Assembly (NCBI GenBank): GCA_022749935.1
Contig: JAKIWQ010000005.1
Location: 1,422 to 65,421, forward strand
Direction: 5' to 3'
Origin: Thermoplasmata archaeon
Lineage (GTDB): Archaea; Thermoplasmatota; Thermoplasmata; Lutacidiplasmatales; UBA184
Length of the DNA: 64,000 nucleotides
Positions within the stretch are counted from its first letter, which is position 1. Every line of letters starts with the position of its first letter. The position numbers were made by a program, and so were the translations under genes. The notes under the pieces were generated by a model. The model had not been told where the DNA came from, searched no databases, and worked only from the letters and a program-made list of their open reading frames with translations. Positions 37,301 through 45,875 of the stretch are shown piece by piece.

Positions 37301-37719
37301 CCGAGGTCCGCGACTCCGATCGGTGCGGGAGAGGTCGGATAGGTCGGCTGGATGTGACCGTTGACCAGCCCGCTTCCCAGGTGCCCGTTGAGGTTGGGCA
37401 GGAAGGCATCCCGCAACGGGACCCCCAAGGATTCGATCGATCGAGCCAACCGGGCCGTGGCCCCGACGGGGGATCCGGTACCGATCGGGGAGGAGGGGGT
37501 CAGTCCGTTCGGGGCCTGAGGTGGCCCCCCCGCGGGTTCCGCGGAGGGCAGGTGCCCCCGGGCCGGGGGGGCCAAAAGAGGGTGCGCCCCGGGGCTTCCG
37601 TCCGGGCCCCGAGCACCCGCCGCAGGGAGCGAGAGGTTTCCGAGAAGTCCGATCGAGGCTACCACCATTAGGGCAACGACGAGGACGGGGCGAGCCAGAA
37701 CGCCCACACCGCGCGACAC
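34381..37719 (-). CDS. thermopsin-family (peptidase A5) protein with beta-helix and PEGA-like domains and C-terminal TM anchor
   Basis: Blocks SPAPIGVADLG, YGVQLNAVL, FWTQNV...FVDNVWNFSGS, FYYALGP and MDVVGPGGGSN parallel Sulfolobus thermopsin as I recall it. These are followed by NNSVENNTF-type beta-helix repeats, a PEGA-like module (VWIDSQLV...GLHSVEATASGYHPY) and a TM helix. The ORF runs to 37863, but GTG 37719 precedes the signal-like helix and avoids overlap with hisS. Confidence 0.8.
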   Translation of the reverse strand: MSRGVGVLARPVLVVALMVVASIGLLGNLSLPAAGARGPDGSPGAHPLLAPPARGHLPSAEPAGGPPQAPNGLTPSSPIGTGSPVGATARLARSIESLGVPLRDAFLPNLNGHLGSGLVNGHIQPTYPTSPAPIGVADLGIVNESGTLVGTVLNTSRVAGTFAPTAFSGVSPDSGAPDAYGVQLNAVLTNVTLLGNTSYQFWTQNVMEYSTFSHQLAFVDNVWNFSGSSGALSTNAIAAHGPNGTQVGTTFYYALGPVLTMGYPFTLTLFLNSAAGPGADFVYFNYTLANATKTLSGSYDYVQFNSTPIGGGGGVPPSPVYRADGTIYNALGLPDDFEMDVVGPGGGSNFDALNASAALDLYYWSSTSSRFQVVPSAYNAGAETGETSAGLTTSWTTHGDLGLGGTSGPAIHLGQGPSLLFGAWNVTPSSVGQAVLHYRMAPSNGFTFIGVGSAPPLSEFGWAPGGSTYLLPPGTYSIWSVASEYAPIRSTTVLTLAGAFLNVTLTGAPALGVYTPLWAFGASDLSNISSSCGGGACTLYGNEFGPLGETGRGPGVSFPWFGEFNDFLFPVFPGIFLWNVQNVVVSSPPSLEVTTPPWLANATARFGTPATNDLGLFFYDDTNVTLAGGAAIGGWWFDSAYFGPSAPQYSVVFWNTSASSVVGNTFLTGGGALYLYGGENNSVENNTFLQYIPLAANAGSISGAVHGSNGVFDADFGDGRAPGAGCRCGDLLYNNLIGDFHTAYSPTLDPYTGLAPRLPFDSLWNVTPRSGLNIAGGDELGGNYWWDYGTSNDPYWVLPYNSSGRIALGGDEHPVVPGPLFTVTFQESGLPAGTSWHVGVYTSTGVAYNTSTGTVLTEKWPSGQYFLIANTLNGSYGIPNTQYLQVGSVNVTDNLTFYRIYSLTFHTVNFPIGSFWAITISNPQWGGFIELGNVAQFPAELFATGPYNFTVSPPAGYTADPMEGSLNLTSNTTITLAFSEVGAPGQLYLQFNPVGAQVWIDSQLVSNSSGSNLSVSLPAGLHSVEATASGYHPYFNNVTIQGGGTTTVLVVLVPLANNTGPGSGTNSNLAWEVAAGFGILALTLALVIGILATRRPPPPARPAWQYAVPPKR

Positions 37720-37821
37720 GTGAACTCCCAGCGTGGACGCAGTTGATACCTCTTGGGGCGGCAAGGCCCTACCTGGCGGAGGGCGCCTGGGGGTGGCCCG
37801 AGCGACCACCGGGTCGAGCAG

Positions 37822-37829
37822 TTCATAAG
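37822..37829 (+). promoter_or_regulatory. TATA-like box TTCATAAG upstream of hisS
   Basis: It lies about 27 nt upstream of GTG 37853, consistent with a leaderless or short-leader transcript. Confidence 0.35.
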
Positions 37830-37852
37830 AGCGAAGGCACGCTGCCCCGGCT

Positions 37853-39154
37853 GTGCCGTTCACCGCGCTCCGGGGATTCCGGGACTATCCCCCTCCCGAA
37901 GCCGGAGCCCGGTCGGAGATCCGTCGCCGCATGCGCGCCGCAGCCCGTCGGGCGGGGTACTCCGAGCTCGAGGGCCCCTGCGTGGAGAGCTTCGAGCTCT
38001 ACCAGACCAAGAGTGGCGAGGGCATCGCGGCCGAGACCTGGCTCTTTCGGGACAAGGGCGAGCGTCCCGTGGCGCTAGTACCGGAGACCACCCCCTCGTT
38101 GGCCCGGATCTTTGTCGACCGGGCGAAATCGGAACCCCTCCCGGTCAAGTGGTTCACCATTTCGAAGATATGGCGGTACGAGGAGCCTCAGGCCGGGCGG
38201 ACCCGCGAGTTCCTCCAGTTCAATCTCGACATCCTGGGAGTGCCGGGCGTGGAGGCCGAGGCCGACCTCCTCTCCACCGCGGCTCTCGTGCTCGACGAGG
38301 TCGGGGCCGGTGGCCTCTACGCGTTTCGGCTCAACGACCGGGCCCTCGCGGAAGGGATCGGTCTGTTGTTCGGCGCCCAGGACGTCGGGAGATTCTTTCG
38401 TGCGGTCGACCGCTTCCACAAGATCCCGCCCGCCGAGTTCGAGGGCGAGGTGGCCCAGGCCGGCGTCTCCCCGGACGCGGCCGCCGAACTCGCCGTTCTA
38501 TTTTCAAAGGCGGGCGCTGGCGTGCCACCGGCGGAGGTCGAGCGGTTCCTCCAGGAGATCGAGGGTCGGGGCCTCGCCGAGGCGGGTCGGGCCGGGATCG
38601 TCCGCCTCCGCCGCCTCTTCTCGCTCCTCGAGCGGGCCCGTCTGGGGGACCGGGTGGTCTATGACCCCACCGTGGTGCGGGGGCTCGCGTACTACACCTC
38701 CACCGTCTTCGAGGCGTATTCCCGTTCCGGGGATGGACGAGCCCTTTTCGGAGGGGGACGGTACGACCATCTGATCGAGCTGTTCGAGGGGCCGGCGACG
38801 CCGGCGGCCGGCCTCGCGATCGGAGACCAGACGCTCGAACTCCTCCTCAAGGGCGCGGGCCGATGGCCCGATGGGGAGCCGCCCCTCGACAGCTATGTCG
38901 TCGTCAACGACCCCGAGCGCATCCCGGACGCCATCGAGCTCGTCCAGGAACTCCGCCACGCGGGGACCAGCGCGGACTGCGACCTGCTCGGCCGCTCGAT
39001 GTCCCGTCAGCTCAGGGAGGCCGCACGGCGCCGGGCCCGTCGCGCGCTGATCCTGGGGCTGAAGGAGGCCGGGCCAGGTGCGATCGTCGAGCGTGATCTG
39101 ACGACGGGTGTCCAGCGTGAGATCCCGCGGAAGGGGGCGGCACGACCGGGGTGA
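37853..39154 (+). CDS. hisS: histidyl-tRNA synthetase
   Basis: LRGFRDY N-terminus and class II motif 2 region WRYEEPQAGRTREFLQFNLD, in a 433-aa protein. Confidence 0.9.
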   Translation: MPFTALRGFRDYPPPEAGARSEIRRRMRAAARRAGYSELEGPCVESFELYQTKSGEGIAAETWLFRDKGERPVALVPETTPSLARIFVDRAKSEPLPVKWFTISKIWRYEEPQAGRTREFLQFNLDILGVPGVEAEADLLSTAALVLDEVGAGGLYAFRLNDRALAEGIGLLFGAQDVGRFFRAVDRFHKIPPAEFEGEVAQAGVSPDAAAELAVLFSKAGAGVPPAEVERFLQEIEGRGLAEAGRAGIVRLRRLFSLLERARLGDRVVYDPTVVRGLAYYTSTVFEAYSRSGDGRALFGGGRYDHLIELFEGPATPAAGLAIGDQTLELLLKGAGRWPDGEPPLDSYVVVNDPERIPDAIELVQELRHAGTSADCDLLGRSMSRQLREAARRRARRALILGLKEAGPGAIVERDLTTGVQREIPRKGAARPG

Positions 39155-39896
39155 TCCCCTCGAGCGTGTCCCCATCCCACAGGAGGATGCCCGGTGGGGA
39201 CTCCGCCCCCTCCACGTACCCGTACCAGTAGACCACGCCCCCCTCGCCGAACATCTCGGTGTAGGGGGCCAACTGGCGTCGGAGGTTCTTGCGCAACTCG
39301 ACGTCGTCCCCGAAGTTGGCCTTGGACTCGATCCACGTCAATTTCCGGCCGTTGAGGAGGATGGGCTCGTCCAGGAGCGCGTCGGGGGTCTTCGCGAACT
39401 TTCCGCGGAGGTCTTTTTCGGTCCGGTACCCGATCCCGTGCTTCTCCAACCAGGCTTGTAGCCGGTCCTCCCCCTTCCTCCCGCGTTCGCGTTGGAGCTC
39501 CATCCCCTCCGGGGAGTAGATGCGGTCCGCCGCGAGGAGCTCCTCGACCTCCTGGCGGATTCGCTGATCCGGCGCCGTCTCGGGGTGGAGGAAGGTCTGC
39601 CACACCTTCTTCCGCGGGATGCCGAGCTCACCGAGCATCTGCTGGCCCATGAGGACCGGAGGGAATCGCCACTCCTGGGCGATGTCGCGGATCGACCGAC
39701 CCCGCTTCCACTCGGAAACGAGCCGGGGGATCTGGCGGCGGACCACGTAGAAACGCCGGGTCGCGTCCCGAGTGACTCGGTGCGTGTGGATGACGAACAG
39801 CAGTTCCGGGTCCCAGTGTTCGTCGTGGGCGATCCGGTCGACGTCGGTCGATGTGACGAGGCTATCGTAGAGGCGCTGGTAGGTCGCTCGATCCAT
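39012..39896 (-). CDS. TPD-motif protein (CDIN1/C15orf41-like predicted PD-(D/E)XK nuclease)
   Basis: KFAKTPDALLDEP...LTWIESKANFGD matches the TPD / E.K nuclease core of that family, with N-terminal helical HTH-like repeats. The last ~45 aa are low-complexity and overlap the hisS 3' end. Confidence 0.65.
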   Translation of the reverse strand: MDRATYQRLYDSLVTSTDVDRIAHDEHWDPELLFVIHTHRVTRDATRRFYVVRRQIPRLVSEWKRGRSIRDIAQEWRFPPVLMGQQMLGELGIPRKKVWQTFLHPETAPDQRIRQEVEELLAADRIYSPEGMELQRERGRKGEDRLQAWLEKHGIGYRTEKDLRGKFAKTPDALLDEPILLNGRKLTWIESKANFGDDVELRKNLRRQLAPYTEMFGEGGVVYWYGYVEGAESPPGILLWDGDTLEGITPVVPPPSAGSHAGHPSSDHARRSHLARPPSAPGSARDGPGAVRPP

Positions 39897-39956
39897 GGAA
39901 GAGGGGGAGATATCGGAGGATTCTCGGGGCCGGTCAGGGGGAAGGCGCGGATAGCG

Positions 39957-40766
39957 TTACTCTCTCCAATCCAGTCCCACCGTGCGGAGGCCGACCTTCG
40001 CCACGGGCGGCAGCCGCCGCTTGTGGCGGCTCGTCGCGACCCGTTCGAGCACGCGCCGGACGGTTTCCAGGGATATCCCGCTCCGCTCGGCGATCTCCTC
40101 CGCGCGCAGCAACTGTTCGAGACCGTGGAGGATACGGTCGAGGTCTTGGTAGGAGCTCCCGAGTTCGCCCTCGTCGGTCTGGCCCTCCCAGAAACCGGCG
40201 GTCGGGGGACGGTCCAGGATCGGCCCCGGGAGCCCGAGCTCGGCGGCCAGGGCTCGGACCTCGGTTTTGTACAGGTCGCCGATGGGGAGGAGGTCCGTCC
40301 CCCCGTCCCCGTACTTCGTGAAGTAGCCGAGGAGGAGCTCGGATTTGTTCCCGGTCCCGAGCACGAGGCGATGGGTCTCGCGGGCGACTGTGTACAGTAC
40401 GACCATCCGGAGTCGCGCCACGGCGTTCCCGAGGGTCACCCGGTCCGTGACCTCGGGCACCAGAGCCCGGAACCGTTGGTCCATCTCCTCGACCGACAGC
40501 GTGCGGTGGGCGATCCCGAGCCGGTCCGCATACCCTTCTGTCTCCTGCCGGAGGGAGTCGGAGAACCCCGCGGCCGGCAGCAGGATCCCGAGGACCCGGT
40601 CGGCCCCGAGGGCGTCGCGGGCAAGGCGGGCGCAGAGCGCGCTGTCGATCCCCCCGGAGAGGCCCACCACGACTCCCTCCGCCGCCGGAGGCAGGGCGTG
40701 GGCCCGGAGGAATTGATGGATGGTGGATTCCGCGTGCTTCGGAAGATGGGGGGTGAGGTCCTTCAC
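39957..40766 (-). CDS. nadE: NH3-dependent NAD+ synthetase
   Basis: PP-loop GLSGGIDSALCARLA. GTG at 40766 overlaps the upstream stop as GTGA. The ORF extends to 40826. Confidence 0.85.
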   Translation of the reverse strand: MKDLTPHLPKHAESTIHQFLRAHALPPAAEGVVVGLSGGIDSALCARLARDALGADRVLGILLPAAGFSDSLRQETEGYADRLGIAHRTLSVEEMDQRFRALVPEVTDRVTLGNAVARLRMVVLYTVARETHRLVLGTGNKSELLLGYFTKYGDGGTDLLPIGDLYKTEVRALAAELGLPGPILDRPPTAGFWEGQTDEGELGSSYQDLDRILHGLEQLLRAEEIAERSGISLETVRRVLERVATSRHKRRLPPVAKVGLRTVGLDWRE

Positions 40767-41785
40767 GCTTCGACCCCGAGCGGTTCGAGCGTTCGGGAGA
40801 TCTCCCACTCGGTCCGGCAGGCGCAATCCAGTTCGTCGAGGAGGCCGAACTCCTGGTGGAGGGAGGCGAACTCGATCGCCTCGAGCACCCGGGCGTCACA
40901 CTTCCCGCAGTTGTGGGGTCCTCGGGCGAGTCCCCCCGCCGTCGGGAACGAGACCAGCCGAGTCGGGCCGCGTCGCGACGCGCCCTCTTTCAACGCTTCC
41001 ACGACCGACCAGAGCCAGGGCGGCCGGTATCGGCCCCGTCGGTACAGCCATTCGACGACGGTCCCGTTCTGGATGTGGACCGGATTGACGGAGAGGGCGT
41101 CGAACCGGGGCGCCGCCTCCTCGATCGACCGCACGACGTCCCGGATCGACTCCGACTCCGTGAGGTACGGGGGTTTGAGGAGAAGATAGGCCTTCGCGCG
41201 AAGGCCGAGGGCCCGAACCCGGTCTCCTGCCGCCAAGTACTCGGACGGAGGTGCGTTCTTGTGAACGTACTTTCCCAGCACCGTCGGGTCGGTCGATTCG
41301 AGTCCCAGAGCCACCTCCAGCTCGCCCGCGAACGCGGTATGCAGGGGTCCAAGGGTCTCGGGAGTGGCGAACTCGGGAAGGGTCTCGAAGAGGAGTCGAC
41401 GCGCGCGACCGGAGAACGTTTCGACGAGACGACGACGGCTCTCGGGGTCGACCTCACGGTCGTCCAAGAACGAGCCGGAGGTGTAGATCTTGACGTACGG
41501 CTCGTCGCGGTACCGGGCGACGGCGTGGGCGAGCTGCTCGGCGAGCTCCTCCGGTGTCGCCGAACGACCGAGGGTGTCCTTGGCGTAACCGCACATGGAG
41601 CATCCCTTCTCGTCGGCCCAGTAACACCCCCGGGTTCGCAGGATGAGGACGAACGCCGCGACTTGCTCCGGCCCGATCGCCTCCCGCTCGACCCACTGGT
41701 TCACGTAGCGGCGGGCATCGGTCGGACCGGCCGGCCCCGGGCGACGGTCGCGCGCGACCGCGCGGGCCAGCGACTCCGGGGTCAC
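40763..41785 (-). CDS. radical-SAM-like Fe-S protein (archaeal TIGR01210/RaSEA-like)
   Basis: Cys cluster RTRGCYWADEKGCSMCGY and TIM-barrel-like length. The family assignment is from memory of the archaeosine-associated radical SAM group. GTG at 41785 overlaps the ribK stop as GTGA. Confidence 0.6.
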   Translation of the reverse strand: MTPESLARAVARDRRPGPAGPTDARRYVNQWVEREAIGPEQVAAFVLILRTRGCYWADEKGCSMCGYAKDTLGRSATPEELAEQLAHAVARYRDEPYVKIYTSGSFLDDREVDPESRRRLVETFSGRARRLLFETLPEFATPETLGPLHTAFAGELEVALGLESTDPTVLGKYVHKNAPPSEYLAAGDRVRALGLRAKAYLLLKPPYLTESESIRDVVRSIEEAAPRFDALSVNPVHIQNGTVVEWLYRRGRYRPPWLWSVVEALKEGASRRGPTRLVSFPTAGGLARGPHNCGKCDARVLEAIEFASLHQEFGLLDELDCACRTEWEISRTLEPLGVEA

Positions 41786-42483
41786 GACTCCTCCAGCTCG
41801 AGCGCCACCGTATCGCCGTCCTTCAGGTGAAGTCGATCGCGCAGGCAATCGGCCGCGACGAACTCTACGACGTCCTTGTAGTGCGTGCGGTCGGGGTGGA
41901 TCAGGTGACAGGCCTTCCCGTTCATCCGTGCGGCGAAGCAGGTCGCTCCGCCGAACGTCCGGCCGCTGGCCTGGAACCCGTCGATGCGGATTCCCGTCCA
42001 GTGGGAGACGAGGGAGGCCTTCCGGAGGGCGTCCCCCGACAGACGTACGTTGAGGGTCCCGGGATACGGAGTGTAGCCCAATCGCTCGGAGAACTGGACT
42101 ACGTACCCGGGCTGGCTCAGGTAGTACCGCCCTTCCCCGAGGCCACTTGCCACCTTGCCGCTGTAGTTCAGCTTCGCGGGACCCTCGAAGATACGATGGT
42201 AGGCGTGGTACTCGGCCCGGAGCAGGTCCATCGCCGCCGGCGTGACCTGGAGTCGCTGCCTTCGCTGGGCGAGGGATCGCGTGATCAAGCCCCGACGTTC
42301 GAGGGCGACGAGATAGCGGTCGGCCGCTTGTTGGCTCATTCCGATCCGTTCGCCCACCTCGCGGGAGGTGAGGACGACGGGGGTGTGATCGGCTCCGGCG
42401 AGGGCGAGCAACTTCAGGACCGCGAGCGCCTCGCCCTTGGGGCGGGGGCGTCCATTCTCCGAGGCCGGGGGGGTGGCGGGCAC
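41782..42483 (-). CDS. ribK: CTP-dependent riboflavin kinase with N-terminal winged-helix domain
   Basis: C-terminal YPGTLNV and cradle-loop barrel region typical of archaeal RibK, with an N-terminal MarR-like wHTH (LTSREVGERIGMSQQAADRYLVALERRGLI). Confidence 0.8.
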   Translation of the reverse strand: MPATPPASENGRPRPKGEALAVLKLLALAGADHTPVVLTSREVGERIGMSQQAADRYLVALERRGLITRSLAQRRQRLQVTPAAMDLLRAEYHAYHRIFEGPAKLNYSGKVASGLGEGRYYLSQPGYVVQFSERLGYTPYPGTLNVRLSGDALRKASLVSHWTGIRIDGFQASGRTFGGATCFAARMNGKACHLIHPDRTHYKDVVEFVAADCLRDRLHLKDGDTVALELEES

Positions 42484-42491
42484 GGTCCGTT

Positions 42492-42728
42492 CTACTTGGG
42501 GGCGGGGGCTTGGGGTGCGTGGAGCGTCACGACATTGGAACCCCTCAGGACGACCCGGCCCAGGTGTCGACTCACCTCGGCCGTCGTCTCGTCCGTGTCG
42601 TCGAGTACGAGGTTTAGGTGCTCGTCGACTCCGAGGAGCGTGCCGACCATCTGGCGGGAATCCTTGAGGGTCAAGGTCACTCGTTGGGAGAGCAAACGCT
42701 CCACCAGAGTGGTCGGAGAGTCCACCAT
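42492..42728 (-). CDS. Sm-like archaeal protein (SmAP/LSm)
   Basis: A 78-aa protein with Sm1/Sm2 pattern VTLTLKDSRQMVGTLLGVDEHLNLVLDD...GRVVLRGSNVV. Confidence 0.85.
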   Translation of the reverse strand: MVDSPTTLVERLLSQRVTLTLKDSRQMVGTLLGVDEHLNLVLDDTDETTAEVSRHLGRVVLRGSNVVTLHAPQAPAPK

Positions 42729-42816
42729 CGGGCGACCGACGGGCTTTGGGTCTTTAGCGTTTCTGCCGCCGACCGGCGAGCGTCACGGCTAAGCCGCGCC
42801 GGGCGTCGATGCACCC

Positions 42817-43959
42817 GTGTCCGGCCGCCCGAACATCTCCAAGGGCCTCGATCACATCGTCGTCGACCGATCGTCCATCTCCTGGGTGGGCGGGGAGACC
42901 GGTGACCTGGTCTATCAAGGGTATGACGTCCGGACGATCGTCCCCGGGATCCCCTACGAGTCCGCCGTCCATCTCCTCCTTCACGGAGACCCTCCCCCGC
43001 AAGATCCCTCGCAGGAAGTGGTCGAGGCGTTGCGCCGGTACCGCGCCCCGCGCCCGGCTACCGAGCGGGTGGTCGACGCGCTCGATTCCAAGTTGCCCCC
43101 GCTGGACGCGCTGCGTACGATCCTATCGGCGATGGGCGATGGGAGCTTTGGCTACCCGCCCACCCTCGACGACGGGTGCCGACTGATTTCCCAGACGCCC
43201 GTCCTGCTCGCTCGATTCGTGCGGGCCGCGCGGGGGATGCCACCCGCCGTGCCCGACCCCGGCCTCTCGCACGCCGCGAACTACCTCACGATGGTGCTGG
43301 GGGAGCGGCCCACCCCCGAGCGGGTCTCGGCCCTCGAATCCTACCTCGTGCTTCTCGCCGACCACGGGATGAACGCGTCGACCTTTGCCCTCCGAACGGC
43401 GATCTCCACCCAGTCCGATCTCGCGAGCGCCGCCACGGCCGCTCTCGCGGTGTTGAAGGGCCCCGTCCACGGAGGGGCCCCCAGCCGGGTCTCCGACATG
43501 CTCGATGCCGTCGGGTCTCCCGAGCTCGCGGAGACGTGGGTCGCCCAGCAGGTGGCGCAGAAGGCGGTACTCTTCGGGTTCGGCCACCGCGCGTACAAGA
43601 CCGATGACCCTCGAGCGGTCGTACTGCACACTATCGCGCGAACCGTCGCCGACCCCGAACGACTCGTGCTCGCCGAATCGGTGGAACGGGCCGCACTCGC
43701 GGCCCTTCGGGCCGCCCATCCGGGGGCTCGGCTCTACACAAACGTCGAATTCTGGAGCGCCGTTGTACTGGAGGGGGTCGGCCTCCCGCGGGAGCTGTTC
43801 ACCCCGACGTTCGCCGTGGCTCGGACGGCCGGCTGGACGGCCCACGCCCTAGAGCAGGCGGCGGACAACCGGCTCATCCGACCGGACCTCGAGTACGTCG
43901 GTCCCCCGAAGGGGCGCGTGTGGCCCCGGCCGCTGGTTGGCCGGGGGACGACGGGGTAG
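42817..43959 (+). CDS. citrate synthase (or 2-methylcitrate synthase)
   Basis: GFGHRAYKTDDPR signature and catalytic His/Asp context, in a 380-aa protein. Confidence 0.9.
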   Translation: MSGRPNISKGLDHIVVDRSSISWVGGETGDLVYQGYDVRTIVPGIPYESAVHLLLHGDPPPQDPSQEVVEALRRYRAPRPATERVVDALDSKLPPLDALRTILSAMGDGSFGYPPTLDDGCRLISQTPVLLARFVRAARGMPPAVPDPGLSHAANYLTMVLGERPTPERVSALESYLVLLADHGMNASTFALRTAISTQSDLASAATAALAVLKGPVHGGAPSRVSDMLDAVGSPELAETWVAQQVAQKAVLFGFGHRAYKTDDPRAVVLHTIARTVADPERLVLAESVERAALAALRAAHPGARLYTNVEFWSAVVLEGVGLPRELFTPTFAVARTAGWTAHALEQAADNRLIRPDLEYVGPPKGRVWPRPLVGRGTTG

Positions 43960-43973
43960 GGGCGCCGCGGGCC

Positions 43974-45875
43974 CTACGCGTCGCCTTTCTCTTCCCCGCC
44001 GTCCTTGTCGACGACCTTGAAATCGGCGTCGACCGGGCCCGTCGTCGAACCGGCACTCGTGGGGGGAATCCCCTCGTCGGTGGGTGCTTCTCCCGTTCCG
44101 GACGCTGGGGGTGTGTCGGCGCCCGCCTGGTACAGCTTGGCGGCGATCGCGTGCAGGGCTTGGGTCAATTCGTCCGATTTCGCCCGCACCTGGTCTCCGG
44201 TGGCATCCTTCGAGCCGAGGATCTCCCTCAGGGATGCGACTTTGGCCCGGATGTCGGCCGACTCCGACTCGCTGATCTTTTCCTTCGCATCGGTCAGGAC
44301 CCGCTCCGCCTCGTAAGCGAGCGACTCCCCCGCGTTCTTCGCGGTGATGAGGTCCGCGCGTGCCTTGTCCTGAGTCGCGAACTCCTCCGCCTGGTGGACC
44401 ATCTTCTGGACGTCCTCCTTCGAGAGTTTCGTGGAGGCGGTGATGGTGATCCCCTGCTTTCGGCCGCTGGCCATGTCCTTCGCCGAGACACTGAGAATGC
44501 CGTTGGCGTCGATGTCGAAGCTGACCTCGACCTGCGGCACGCCACGGGGGGCCGGGGGGATCCCGGTCAGCAGGAAGCTCCCGAGCGCGACGTTGTCCGA
44601 GGCGATCGGACGCTCGCCCTGGCAGACCTTGATCTCGACGGACGACTGATTGTCGGCGGCGGTCGTAAAGATCTGGCTCTTCCGGGTCGGGATCGTCGTG
44701 TTCCGTTCGATCAGCTTCGTGAACACGCCGCCCATCGTCTCCACTCCGAGCGACAGGGGGGTCACGTCGAGCAGCAGGACGTCCATGACCTCGCCGGCAA
44801 GGACACCGCCCTGAACGGCGGCTCCCATCGCGACGCACTCCATCGGGTCGACCCCCCGCTCGATCGGGCGATCGATCGAGGTCTCGAGGAACTTCTGAAC
44901 GATCGGCATCCGCGTCGGGCCGCCGACCAGGACGATCCGTTCGATCTGCTCCTTCGAGAGCTTGGCGTCCTTGATCGATTGCTCGACGGGGGCCCGGCAC
45001 CGGTCCACGATCGGTCGCACGAGCTCTTCGAGCTTCGCGCGGGACAACGTGAGTGCGAGGTGCTTAGGTCCCTCGGCCGTCGCCGTGAGGAAGGGGAGGT
45101 TGATCTGGGTCTCGAGGGTCGACGAGAGCTCGATCTTCGCTTTCTCGGCCGCGTCCCGGACCCGCTGGGTCGCCATCTTGTCTTTTCGAATGTCAACCCC
45201 GGACTCCTTCTGGAACTCGGCGGCGATCCAGTCGGTGATGGCCGTGTCCATGTCGGTGCCCCCGAGCTGCGTGTCGCCACTGGTCGAGAGAACTTCGAAT
45301 ACGCCGTCCCCGAATTCCATGACGGTGACGTCGAGGGTTCCCCCACCGAGGTCGAAGACGAGGATCTTCTGGTTCTTGCCCGCCTTGTCAAGGCCGTAGG
45401 CGAGGCTTGCGGCCGTCGGTTCGTTGATGATCCGGACGACTTCGAGGCCCGCGATCGCCCCGGCGTCCTTGGTCGCCTGCCGCTGGTTGTCGTTGAAGTA
45501 CGCGGGAACGGTGATGACCGCTTTTTCGACCTTCTCACCGAGGAAGGCCTCCGCGTCGCGCTTGATCTTCTGAAGGAGGTAGGCCGAGAGTTGCTGGGGA
45601 GTGTACTTCTTTCCGTGAAGGGTGTAGACGTAGTCGGTGCCCATTTTCCGCTTGAACGCCGTGACCGTCCCCTCGGGGTTCGAGACGGCTTGCCGCCGAG
45701 CCGGCTCCCCGACGATCAACTGACCGTCCTTCGTGAACGCGACGTACGACGGGAACGCCTTTCCCCCACCGACCGTCGTTCCTTCCGCGCTCGGTACGAT
45801 GACCGGCCGACCCCCTTCGAGGAAGGCGGCGGCCGAGTTGCTCGTTCCCAGGTCGATTCCGATGATTTTTGCCAT
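43974..45875 (-). CDS. dnaK: molecular chaperone DnaK (Hsp70)
   Basis: [19 protein letters not shown] and [10 protein letters not shown] signatures, in a 633-aa protein. Confidence 0.95.
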   Translation of the reverse strand: MAKIIGIDLGTSNSAAAFLEGGRPVIVPSAEGTTVGGGKAFPSYVAFTKDGQLIVGEPARRQAVSNPEGTVTAFKRKMGTDYVYTLHGKKYTPQQLSAYLLQKIKRDAEAFLGEKVEKAVITVPAYFNDNQRQATKDAGAIAGLEVVRIINEPTAASLAYGLDKAGKNQKILVFDLGGGTLDVTVMEFGDGVFEVLSTSGDTQLGGTDMDTAITDWIAAEFQKESGVDIRKDKMATQRVRDAAEKAKIELSSTLETQINLPFLTATAEGPKHLALTLSRAKLEELVRPIVDRCRAPVEQSIKDAKLSKEQIERIVLVGGPTRMPIVQKFLETSIDRPIERGVDPMECVAMGAAVQGGVLAGEVMDVLLLDVTPLSLGVETMGGVFTKLIERNTTIPTRKSQIFTTAADNQSSVEIKVCQGERPIASDNVALGSFLLTGIPPAPRGVPQVEVSFDIDANGILSVSAKDMASGRKQGITITASTKLSKEDVQKMVHQAEEFATQDKARADLITAKNAGESLAYEAERVLTDAKEKISESESADIRAKVASLREILGSKDATGDQVRAKSDELTQALHAIAAKLYQAGADTPPASGTGEAPTDEGIPPTSAGSTTGPVDADFKVVDKDGGEEKGDA

